IMG/VR virus record: IMGVR_UViG_3300029305_012016
DNA: 31,368 nucleotides
Origin: an uncultured virus (IMG/VR IMGVR_UViG_3300029305_012016)
Taxonomy: Duplodnaviria > Heunggongvirae > Uroviricota > Caudoviricetes
Reading direction: 5' to 3' (one strand)
Part shown: piece by piece, positions 1 through 7,628 of the stretch
Position numbering within the stretch: the stretch's first letter is position 1
How the letters are laid out: each line of letters opens with the position of its first letter
Notes under the pieces: generated by a model
What the model saw: only the letters and a program-made list of their open reading frames with translations
Database searches by the model: none
What the model was told of the DNA's origin: nothing
Position numbers and translations under genes: made by a program

Positions 1-595
1 CCGCAATACATGTAGCCCTGTTATTCCAGGACTGAATTGCATTTGCTTTTGCGTGGTCCTCAGTATCATGGAACCCGTGCGTACCACAGGAAGCAAAACA
101 CTTGAGGCATACTACATTCGCGGTCCATCGGTATCCGTTTGGGCGTTTATCGGGGCCGTGATCCACAGTTTCAACCTGAATCATCTGTTGTTCTTTGCAG
201 AACGGGCATTCTCTTAATGCGTTCTCTTCTGCGCTTGGGATTTTACCACGGCACACAGAGACGGAATTCGGCTTCGTAGCTTGGGCAGCCTCTAATTTTG
301 CGGATCTGATCTTTTTTACGATTGAGGCGGGGATCTCTGTAATGCATCCGCCGATATACTCAAAAGATGCTCCGGTCTGTCCGTTGTTGCAGTAGCCCGG
401 ATACTCATCATTCTCATCCTCGCTCGGATCATAACCTTCAATAGGTTCATAACCAAGCATATCCATCAGTTCAGCAAGGACTTCTTCTTTGCTTTTCGGG
501 GGATCATTGAGATCCTCGAAAACATACGCAGCATCTTCTCCGTACTTCGTCTCCATTATTGCTTTATGGAGTCTGATTTTATATCCATCATTCAT
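1..595 (-). CDS. Partial CDS (runs off the window edge): acidic N-terminal region fused to a Lar-like (restriction alleviation) Zn-binding domain
   Basis: Not in the ORF track. Manual translation from ATG 595 (ATGAATGA overlap with the upstream stop) gives MNDGYKIRL...LRECPFCKEQQ...WTANVVCLKCFASCG...AIQSWNNR, matching the Lar pattern L.eCPFC...C..C...A...WN.R. Open to position 1. Confidence 0.8.
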   Translation of the reverse strand, partial: MNDGYKIRLHKAIMETKYGEDAAYVFEDLNDPPKSKEEVLAELMDMLGYEPIEGYDPSEDENDEYPGYCNNGQTGASFEYIGGCITEIPASIVKKIRSAKLEAAQATKPNSVSVCRGKIPSAEENALRECPFCKEQQMIQVETVDHGPDKRPNGYRWTANVVCLKCFASCGTHGFHDTEDHAKANAIQSWNNRATCIA

Positions 596-956
596 TATGA
601 TTTTCCTTTCTTTTTTTTGATTCGGTAAGAGCATCAGTCTCGGTTATACCCTTCGCAAACTCAATGTCGCTGAGTAATCTGAGGCAAGCCAGCTCTTCAG
701 CATAAGCCTTCTGATATTCCGGTGTAGATTCGGCTGCTTTGGTTATGGTATATCCGTTTACAATGTAATTCCCGTCTTCAGCAACGGCACAGTAGTGATC
801 TGAAATTACAAGACCCTGCTGTTTCAAGAGTTTTAGCTCCTTGCGGGTCTTATATAATGAGATTCCTAAGGCTCGGCTTAAACAGGTAGAGGGGTAGGGG
901 ATATATCCATGCAGTGATACACAATGTTGACAGAGATAAAAAAGAACAATGTTCAC
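588..956 (-). CDS. Hypothetical protein with probable winged-helix DNA-binding domain
   Basis: PSTCLSRALGISLYKTRKELKLLKQQGLV is an HTH plus wing-type pattern; RBS GGAGG upstream within the end of the previous gene. Confidence 0.6.
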   Translation of the reverse strand: MNIVLFYLCQHCVSLHGYIPYPSTCLSRALGISLYKTRKELKLLKQQGLVISDHYCAVAEDGNYIVNGYTITKAAESTPEYQKAYAEELACLRLLSDIEFAKGITETDALTESKKRKENHNE

Positions 957-961
957 TGCTT

Positions 962-1342
962 CTACCTCCTAATCATTTCAGCCCCACAGTTAGGGCAAAA
1001 AGCCTTGATTCCGGTATCCCCACAGAATGGGCATTCATATCCAAGTCTGTACTGGACGACAGGCTTGCCACGAGAGCTGCATACGGTCTCGTAGTGAGGA
1101 ATAGGGGAACCTTCTTTACGGTTATTCCATCGTCCAACAGCAAGTTTAACTGCCTCTTCTTTGCTGGGCTGAGCCTTTGTGGGACCGGTTGAAGCAAAAC
1201 AACTGAGGCAAACGATTTTAGCTGTCCACTGACAACCAAAAACAACATTGCTGTTATTGCGAACAGCATCAACATGCAAATTTTGTTGTTCATTGCAGAA
1301 TGGACATTCCTTCAGAGAAGGTTTTCTAATAATATCTTTCAT
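962..1342 (-). CDS. Lar-like restriction alleviation protein with extra C-terminal Zn ribbon
   Basis: LKECPFC...CLSC...EEAVKLAVGRWNNR, followed by ECPFCG...FCPNCGAEM. Confidence 0.75.
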   Translation of the reverse strand: MKDIIRKPSLKECPFCNEQQNLHVDAVRNNSNVVFGCQWTAKIVCLSCFASTGPTKAQPSKEEAVKLAVGRWNNRKEGSPIPHYETVCSSRGKPVVQYRLGYECPFCGDTGIKAFCPNCGAEMIRR

Positions 1343-1343
1343 C

Positions 1344-1576
1344 TTATTTCTCCATTTTGTTTACAAATACAAGAACGCATTCCGGAGAATCAGATTCCCT
1401 GGTAATTTTCTTCAGGGAAATTCGTTTATTGTATGAAACGCAGCGAGCGTAGACCCGCTTCATTTCATCTACGCTCTCGGAGTATCCGGCAGCAGTTCCA
1501 TCAAAATATAGTATTGTGTACCAATAAACGTGGTATAGACACCCTTGGCCGATCCGTAATGAGGACATCTTTTCAT
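1344..1576 (-). pseudogene. Frameshifted Zn-ribbon small-protein gene
   Basis: ATG 1576 gives MKRCPHYGSAKGVYTTFIGTQYY. After a frameshift near 1500-1510 the other frame continues FDGTAAGYSESVDEMKRVYARCVSYNKRISLKKI to the stop at 1344. Both apparent CxxC knuckles read CxxY. Confidence 0.6.
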
Positions 1577-1582
1577 CAGATC

Positions 1583-1846
1583 TCAACCAACGATCAATAA
1601 AGCTCCACAATGGGGACAATAGCGCAGTGGGATAAATTCCACTTTGCCATTATCGAGGGGGATATAATTAACCGATTGAAAAATGACATCCCGATTCTCG
1701 CAATAGCGACAACAACGATTCGTGGTATCTTCTTCGCCTAAGGTTGGAGTGCTGTCAATGTCCTGGAGAGACACGAATGCTTCACCGGACTCCATATCAA
1801 CAATAGCCTTAGAAGCGAGGAGGTTCGCGTCAATGGGTCGAGCCAT
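1583..1846 (-). CDS. Phage-like hypothetical protein with Zn ribbon
   Basis: N-terminal RPIDANLL (R.IDAD-type phage motif), CRYC and YCPHCG; RBS AAGGAG. Confidence 0.75.
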   Translation of the reverse strand: MARPIDANLLASKAIVDMESGEAFVSLQDIDSTPTLGEEDTTNRCCRYCENRDVIFQSVNYIPLDNGKVEFIPLRYCPHCGALLIVG

Positions 1847-1897
1847 ATATATTTCTCCTTTGTTGTTTCATAATCTATTTCTCCTTTTTTAAGGGAA

Positions 1898-2317
1898 TTA
1901 TGCTCTCCAACCCTTGATTGGCGGAGAAGACAGAACGTAGGATTTCTGCGTCGGTCTATGAAAGAGACGCGACTTATACTGTTCTACGGGCTCGTCCATG
2001 TAGGCATCGCAACAGTTGCAACGCCGGTGATTGGAGAAATCCATGATGTTGCCACAAACAGAGCAGTAGTGGATGCATTCCTCTCCAGGAAACATTTTCA
2101 GCTTCCTTACAATCCAATGACCGTGAACGATAGGAGCTACGTCCTCAATAGGGAAAGAGTAAGAGAAATCTGCGATAATTCCGTCAAGAAGATCAACGGA
2201 ACGCCGTGCATCAGAGTCAGATTCAGCATGCTCAGCGTATTTCTCTCGTAGTTCATCCAAATAAGCGATAATTTTCTCTTTCGAGAAGAATTCTGTATAG
2301 TTGGATTCTTTTTCCAT
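1898..2317 (-). CDS. Phage-like Zn-ribbon protein
   Basis: DVAPIVHGHW...CSVCG...CNCCDAYMD, a pattern common in Firmicute phage small proteins; RBS GAGGTG. Confidence 0.75.
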   Translation of the reverse strand: MEKESNYTEFFSKEKIIAYLDELREKYAEHAESDSDARRSVDLLDGIIADFSYSFPIEDVAPIVHGHWIVRKLKMFPGEECIHYCSVCGNIMDFSNHRRCNCCDAYMDEPVEQYKSRLFHRPTQKSYVLSSPPIKGWRA

Positions 2318-2362
2318 GATTCACTTTCACCTCTTTAATCAGTAGTATTGTTCTTGATGAAG

Positions 2363-2385
2363 GGCGGAGTCGCGAAAACTCCGCC
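2363..2385. other. GC-rich hairpin (possible weak terminator or RNA-stabilising stem)
   Basis: GGCGGAGT-cgcgaaa-ACTCCGCC, a perfect 8-bp stem with no good U-tract. Confidence 0.5.
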
Positions 2386-2397
2386 AATCATCTATGT

Positions 2398-2616
2398 TTA
2401 AGCTTTGTGGTAGATATCCTCACCGTAGACAAGACCAAGGTGCCTGCCATTATCAAAACTGCAATGGAGGGTGCCAATATCATCTACCGATATGACCGTT
2501 CCAAGGTTGCCGGGAGTAATAGGACGAGGATCATCTCCCATGTAGTCCAAAACGATTCGCGTTCCGGGAGGATATTCATCCTTCAAGGCCTTAACGATTT
2601 TTTTGTCTGTGTACAT
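2398..2616 (-). CDS. DUF4314 domain protein
   Basis: YPPGTRIVLDYMGDDPRPITPGNLGTVISVDDIGTLHCSFDNGRHLGLVYGED matches the DUF4314 consensus as recalled. Confidence 0.85.
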   Translation of the reverse strand: MYTDKKIVKALKDEYPPGTRIVLDYMGDDPRPITPGNLGTVISVDDIGTLHCSFDNGRHLGLVYGEDIYHKA

Positions 2617-2619
2617 GAG

Positions 2620-2871
2620 TCATTCTCCTTTCGCAATTCTGTTGATTGCATGAAGAACATCAGAAACGGCACTCGCTTCGTCGCCCAGCTCGGCTGCCGG
2701 ATTTGCTTCCAACAACTCTGTGGCGGTAGAGCAAAAATCCATCATGTTGCGAATCTTTACGCAGGCACTCAGGCGACGTTTTCCTTTGTCATTCAGATAG
2801 ATATCGACAGCTCGCAGCTTTTGAATTTCGTCACGCAGGGCTGTAGCTATATCTTCAAAGGTTCTAACCAT
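2620..2871 (-). CDS. Hypothetical protein
   Basis: 83-aa ORF with RBS GGAGG, tightly packed in the operon. Confidence 0.7.
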   Translation of the reverse strand: MVRTFEDIATALRDEIQKLRAVDIYLNDKGKRRLSACVKIRNMMDFCSTATELLEANPAAELGDEASAVSDVLHAINRIAKGE

Positions 2872-2895
2872 ACATGATTTCCTCCTGCTATTTGC

Positions 2896-3309
2896 TTAGG
2901 CGGTGTGCTTATCAGAGAGGAACATCTTTGCGTAGTTTGTTACAGCGTTGGCGACCATCTGTCGATCCTCGTCTGTAAAAGGGGTGAACCATGAGGCACT
3001 ATAGCTGTGTTCCCAAATATGCTGGCTCACAGGAGTTTTACCGGCACGCAGGTACGGTCCGACGATGTTATTGAACTCAAAGTTCTGCTTATCGACGACC
3101 CCTTCGGCACGGTTGATGATAGTCAGTTGCAACGCGTCATATTGCCCTCTCACATCGGTAGAAATGAACTGCACTTTTGCGAGCAAGTGATCTTCATGAC
3201 CCAGCTTCGCCAGCATGGTCTTGTCAGCATACACTCTGTCGCGGAAGACAACGGGACGATGATCAAACATCTTCCGCATTTCTTCTTCAAAAAAATTGAT
3301 ATATTCCAT
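2896..3309 (-). CDS. Hypothetical protein
   Basis: 137-aa ORF with RBS AAGGA, co-oriented in the block. Confidence 0.75.
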   Translation of the reverse strand: MEYINFFEEEMRKMFDHRPVVFRDRVYADKTMLAKLGHEDHLLAKVQFISTDVRGQYDALQLTIINRAEGVVDKQNFEFNNIVGPYLRAGKTPVSQHIWEHSYSASWFTPFTDEDRQMVANAVTNYAKMFLSDKHTA

Positions 3310-3362
3310 ATTTCTTCATCCTTTCAAAAGATATATACAAATTGGTGGGATTGGCTTTGGAA

Positions 3363-3836
3363 TTAGTCAAGATGAGAGAACTCCTTTTCCTCGTAGCTGG
3401 AGATATGAGTGCTCCAAAGGAAGCCCGGTTCCCACTTGGCGTCTTGTTCGGCCTTGATCTGTTTGGCCTGCTCATATGTATTGGCAGTACCGATTAGGTC
3501 CTTGCCGTAGGGTGACGTCATGTATACGAAGAACTTCTTCTCGGGATCCTCCCATTCAGAGGCCTTGTGGCCAGGCGTTTCTTTAATAAATACGGCCTTT
3601 TCCGCAAACCATTGGCTTAGCTTGTTACGAAGTGTTTCTTCATCCGCGTCAAGCATATTTACCACTACGTAAGGGTAAGAGGTAGTGCTCTTGATAGCCG
3701 GCTTATTCAGTTCGTCCTTGTAAAATCGACCGTTCTTCACAAAATAACAATTCGCGGTCTCTTTTACTACCTTTCTTCGTGCTTTTATATATAGCTTATC
3801 GTAATGAAAGCTATATACGGCAGTCGTGATAGTCAT
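3363..3836 (-). CDS. Hypothetical protein
   Basis: 157-aa ORF with RBS GGAG. Confidence 0.7.
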   Translation of the reverse strand: MTITTAVYSFHYDKLYIKARRKVVKETANCYFVKNGRFYKDELNKPAIKSTTSYPYVVVNMLDADEETLRNKLSQWFAEKAVFIKETPGHKASEWEDPEKKFFVYMTSPYGKDLIGTANTYEQAKQIKAEQDAKWEPGFLWSTHISSYEEKEFSHLD

Positions 3837-3873
3837 ATTTTTTCACTCCGTTTCTATTTTAGATTATGTATCG

Positions 3874-4104
3874 TCATTTTTGGCGCCATGGACCGTCAAA
3901 GCTGTCGTCAACACACTCTTTATTGAAGCAGTGAGGACATTCGAGGTGGGATACAGCTCGACGGACACGCCCGGTTTTGTATTTCCACCATCCTTCTTCA
4001 CTGGTCTTTTCTTCCTCTTCCATGAAGAATACAGGCTCCATAAGGGAATCGCAGCGAGGACAAGAAAAGCTGTATAATGCTGAGCGGTTAGATGTATCGG
4101 CCAT
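3874..4104 (-). CDS. Small Zn-ribbon protein
   Basis: CPRC...CPHC; RBS GGAGG. Confidence 0.75.
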   Translation of the reverse strand: MADTSNRSALYSFSCPRCDSLMEPVFFMEEEEKTSEEGWWKYKTGRVRRAVSHLECPHCFNKECVDDSFDGPWRQK

Positions 4105-4121
4105 AATATCGACCTCCGAGT

Positions 4122-4598
4122 TTATATTTCCGGATTAGATTTACAGTCCAAACAAATGCCGTCGGCATTTATATATAGGCTTAAATCTGTTCCACAGCAG
4201 GAAACGAGAGCATCCTTAGGAAACACACTCAGTACATCTATCAGTTCTCCAACAGTAGGATGTCCCATGCAGTATCTCTCGACGAAACATCTTTTTTCCA
4301 TGAGCGGCATGATCTTCCTCATACGGAGGGTTACTTCCTCGTGTCTGGAAACGGAGTAAGCGCCCAACAGTTCCTCAATGTTCAAGGACCACACAGCATT
4401 AAGAACGCCATCCATTCCGGAGTGAGGCAAATCTTGAATGGTTCCGTCATTGTGGATTACTGCCAATCCTGAGTCGCTAACGCACAGACCGCAATCGCGG
4501 TCGGCAAGCACTTCAAGGATAATGTGCGCCTGCTCTTCTGTCATTTTCCACTTCTCGGCAAAAGACATGAGAGATTGGGCGGTTAACCTTGTTTTCAT
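4122..4598 (-). CDS. Hypothetical protein
   Basis: 158-aa ORF with RBS GAGGG. Confidence 0.7.
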   Translation of the reverse strand: MKTRLTAQSLMSFAEKWKMTEEQAHIILEVLADRDCGLCVSDSGLAVIHNDGTIQDLPHSGMDGVLNAVWSLNIEELLGAYSVSRHEEVTLRMRKIMPLMEKRCFVERYCMGHPTVGELIDVLSVFPKDALVSCCGTDLSLYINADGICLDCKSNPEI

Positions 4599-4617
4599 GA
4601 TAAATCCCTCTTTCGTC

Positions 4618-4806
4618 TTATTTGCAATAAATTAGTTTGTCGGCATTCTTGATGAATTCGGCCACAGCCTTACCGCCGATAAGATACTCGCCGGTTTTAC
4701 TGTAGATATACTCACGAAAAGCTTCGGTGCATGAATTCACTCGCTGCCACTGATTTTCGTTTTCGAGCAGCCAATTCAGAATTGCTGCCTTCAATTCTTT
4801 CGGCAT
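4618..4806 (-). CDS. Small hypothetical protein
   Basis: 62-aa ORF with RBS AAGGAG. Confidence 0.7.
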   Translation of the reverse strand: MPKELKAAILNWLLENENQWQRVNSCTEAFREYIYSKTGEYLIGGKAVAEFIKNADKLIYCK

Positions 4807-4993
4807 AATTTTTACTCCTTTCGTTTGAACGTGTGGTTTAAGATATATACAAATATAAAACAGTGCAATCGCCCAAAAGCGGAAGGGAAAAGGCTCCCGA
4901 CCTCGCCTTAACGGGACTTATATAATTCTTCTATTTACTTACTCATACTATTTCTCCTTATTTTTCAGCGTGATTGAACAATCGAACAAATGT

Positions 4994-5191
4994 TTAGCCG
5001 AGTTTTATAAACGGAAGATCTTCCTGCTCGAAGAGCAGCTCGACCAATTCCAAATCGTATACAGATACGAATACGGACTGTCCGGAGATTCCGATTATAT
5101 AATCGACCCGATTCTTTGCAAGAAGGTGTTCCAAGATGTTGCAGTTGACGGGTTCGAGAATCTGAAGCAGGACATAATCTATATCGCCCAT
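4994..5191 (-). CDS. Small hypothetical protein
   Basis: 65 aa, RBS-like GAAGGGTG, co-oriented immediately downstream of 5210..5890. Confidence 0.6.
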   Translation of the reverse strand: MGDIDYVLLQILEPVNCNILEHLLAKNRVDYIIGISGQSVFVSVYDLELVELLFEQEDLPFIKLG

Positions 5192-5209
5192 AATACATCA
5201 CCCTTCAGT

Positions 5210-5890
5210 CTAACGAACAATAGTGCTCGCCAATTCTCTTTGAATGGCGGAACTGCCGTCAGGAGATAAGTTCATATCCCGATAACTCGGATGATTTGGA
5301 TACCTCTTCATGAGATCCTGGAAGATCTTCCTCGCTGCTTTCGGGTGGCACGGACTGGAGACATGCAAATACAAGGCATCAATCCGTCCGGAACCAAATG
5401 CAATATGATTGGGATGTGTTCTGGCTTCGGCCATAAGTTCTACCATCAGCTTCTGACATTCTTCTCTGCTTTTTCCAGCCAGTAGCGGGGTCCATTCAGA
5501 TTTTATGGCGGCTCCAAAATCAAACACTGCTGTTCGCTTATATACAGCGAAACAATGATGAACAGGTGCAGGATCGCCTTGGCAAAATGTCCACCCTGCG
5601 TGCGGAACGAGATCCCCCTCAGGGATTCCGGCAGCCTTTGCAGCATTCATAAGATTCTCTGTGTTTTGGTAGCAGCAGCCAATCTCCGGCTTAATGCTAT
5701 CAAACACTTCAAGCATCTTCTGGTCTGCACAGTCGGTCGTATTATGGCGACTCCACACTTCGGCGAAGCCATTCAAGGGGTAGACTTGGGATGGAATGCG
5801 TGGCCATCGCTTGGGGTTGAAAAAGGATTCGTCGGGACCAATTTGAGCAAAGAATACTCTTCGCCCATCAAATTTCATTCGCATTAGCAT
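5210..5890 (-). CDS. Hypothetical protein, possible transglutaminase/papain-like Cys-His-Asp fold
   Basis: GCCYQN ... HHCFAV ... AVFDF in the order of a catalytic triad; first gene after the promoter motif at 5961-5974. Confidence 0.6.
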   Translation of the reverse strand: MLMRMKFDGRRVFFAQIGPDESFFNPKRWPRIPSQVYPLNGFAEVWSRHNTTDCADQKMLEVFDSIKPEIGCCYQNTENLMNAAKAAGIPEGDLVPHAGWTFCQGDPAPVHHCFAVYKRTAVFDFGAAIKSEWTPLLAGKSREECQKLMVELMAEARTHPNHIAFGSGRIDALYLHVSSPCHPKAARKIFQDLMKRYPNHPSYRDMNLSPDGSSAIQRELASTIVR

Positions 5891-5960
5891 CTTTCCTTTC
5901 TTATTTCATATTTAGTTGTTTGACTGAACTCCATATCATCATTTATACAACCATGTTATT

Positions 5961-5974
5961 ATTATATAAGAGAA
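5961..5974 (-). promoter_or_regulatory. Conserved promoter motif variant TTCTCTTATATAAT
   Basis: One mismatch from the motif; upstream of the left gene block. Confidence 0.7.
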
Positions 5975-6140
5975 CAGAGGGGAATAAAAAACGGGGTAAA
6001 AGGCGAGACCGCTACAAGAGAAAAAACAAGAGAAACGACTCATAATAAAGCCATTTCTCTTGAATGATCGTGCGAATAAATAATTCTGTTGAGCATATGC
6101 GGAGTGAAGCATAATAGATATATACGGATTGTACTGCTTG

Positions 6141-6566
6141 AGCCGTGTGGCGTCCGACTCTTTACTACTCGGTGGTTCATTTTATCTTCTGGCTATTAAA
6201 TCAAAATATTTTTTCAAAAGATTATAAGTATACTGTCAGTATTTTCTGACTATAATTCAACTTTTGGTACTGTTGAAGTAATATATTGCTTTTTGAGACT
6301 GGGACAAGCAGAGTACCCGAATTGAGCTTAGATTAAACTTCTGTATATATCTCTTTCTAAAATCAGAGGCAAAGTTTGCGGCCGATGGCAACACACCTGT
6401 TTGACAGGGGAGTGTAGAGTGAACGAGGAGTGATCAGAGAAGCAGATGGAGCTGGGCGAATGATAAGGGGGAACATAAAAAAGATATATATAAGATGGAG
6501 CGGACTTCAAAGAAAAATGCGGAGCGCATACTATAGCCGTGTGGCGTCCGACTCTACGCTACTCGG
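6141..6566. repeat. Direct repeat of 32 bp (6141-6172 and 6535-6566), hairpin-forming
   Basis: AGCCGTGTGGCGTCCGACTCT-NNN-CTACTCGG, 29/32 identical, 394 bp apart. Confidence 0.9.
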
Positions 6567-6953
6567 GGGCTTTCTCACTACTTATCTATTTTGTTTGTAT
6601 GGAGAACGGAGAGGAAAGAAGATATATATGGAATTGAGAAGAGGTGAGAGAAAAATGAGAGGGAAATCGTAGGAGGAGCCTTATCGTTGACCGGAGCAGC
6701 AATGAGATTTCTAAGCGCACTTTTTGTTTGGATATATACAGGTGAGTTTTCAATTGTAAATAAGAAGGCGGAGATGTTGTCGGAGCATTTGTTTTTTTGC
6801 AGGCGGTGAAGAGAGGCAGGAAGAATTGTCAAGAGAGGGTAATGGGTGGAAGCGAGGTAGGAACAAAGCCGGACTTGACGGAATCCTGCTATCGCTTTCT
6901 TATTTTTGATTTCTTAAAAAGAGAGAAGAAGAGATATTTGCACAAGATAAAAA

Positions 6954-6975
6954 TTTGTAGCTAATTAACTACAAA
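6954..6975. promoter_or_regulatory. Palindrome TGTAG-N8-CTACA, copy 1 (candidate protein-binding site)
   Basis: TTTGTAGCTAATTAACTACAAA, a near-perfect 22-bp dyad. Confidence 0.6.
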
Positions 6976-7055
6976 GCAAAATACATGAAAATTTACAGAA
7001 TTGTTGCAAAAAGAGGACATTTTGATGTATTTGCATCCTTATTCCACAAAAACAT

Positions 7056-7410
7056 GATATGCAAGAACTTTTAGGGAGATATGCAGGCAGACTTACCTCA
7101 TTTTTTGTGACAAATCAGAACATTTTGTGGGAGGCAAAATAGTCGTTTTTGCGGTGATATTTTCGGTGAAAAAGTGGCGCATTTGCAAAATTGGGGAAAA
7201 GTTCGAAAAGTAAAGAGAATTGTTCTGAATATGCGTAGATTTGATGTGTAATTGTTTGATTTTTGATGTTTTGAGCAAAAAACAGATATTTAGCAACTTT
7301 TTTAATGCAAAAGGGGAGATATGCAGGCAATTTTGGAGATATGCAGAAACTTTTGGGAGATATACAGAAAAAGATTCTTTATATTTTTCTAAAGAGAGGG
7401 GAGATATGTA
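7056..7410 (+). repeat. Iteron-like direct repeats GGGAGATATGCAG (candidate replication origin or centromere)
   Basis: GATAT(G/A)(C/T)A cores at 7056, 7078, 7318, 7338, 7359 and 7403. Within-cluster spacings are 22, then 20, 21 and 44 bp, in AT-rich non-coding DNA. Confidence 0.7.
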
Positions 7411-7506
7411 CATTACTCCGTTACATGACAAAATGCTCTTCGAGAAAAGCGAACACATTTTTTTACGAAATGGTTCAAAAAATGCAAAAATAAGGGGGTG
7501 TTGTGC

Positions 7507-7533
7507 TGTAGTTATTTGACTACATATATGTAG
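7507..7533. promoter_or_regulatory. Palindrome TGTAG-N8-CTACA, copy 2, overlapping a CTACATATATGTAG dyad
   Basis: TGTAGTTATTTGACTACA (7507-7524) is 15/18 identical to copy 1; a second perfect dyad lies at 7520-7533. Confidence 0.6.
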
Positions 7534-7628
7534 CGAATCAATAAAAATTGAGTGATTATTGAAAATCAATATTTTTTTCTCAAATTCATGTATAATAGAT
7601 ATATAGATCAAAAACGGAGGTTCTATCA

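Noticed and set aside
848..858. TCTTATATAAT partial motif (also CTTATATAAT near 4917)
   Set aside because: Inside or antisense to the gene block, lacks the T-run and has no credible downstream gene; not counted as a promoter.
4970..5269. 99-aa plus-strand ORF
   Set aside because: Antisense shadow of 4994..5191, which has an RBS and fits the operon.
6140..6178. GAGCCGTGTG...GGTTC resembles group II intron domain V
   Set aside because: No GNRA loop or correct DV stem and bulge geometry, no domain VI, no RT gene.
1..6570. Left block as a classical conjugative leading region next to an oriT at about 6.1-6.6 kb
   Set aside because: Genes are transcribed away from this region, whereas leading-region genes generally point toward oriT; no relaxase in the window.
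6711..6726. AAGTGCGC on the minus strand, like the MOBQ nic site
   Set aside because: Lacks the following CCT and the adjacent inverted repeat; too short to support.
6936..7048. DnaA-box-like ATTTGCACA and TATTCCACA
   Set aside because: Each mismatches the consensus; expected by chance in AT-rich DNA.
6141..7410. Repeats as a CRISPR array
   Set aside because: Only two 32-bp copies 394 bp apart; the iteron-like units have no unique 30-40 bp spacers; no cas genes.
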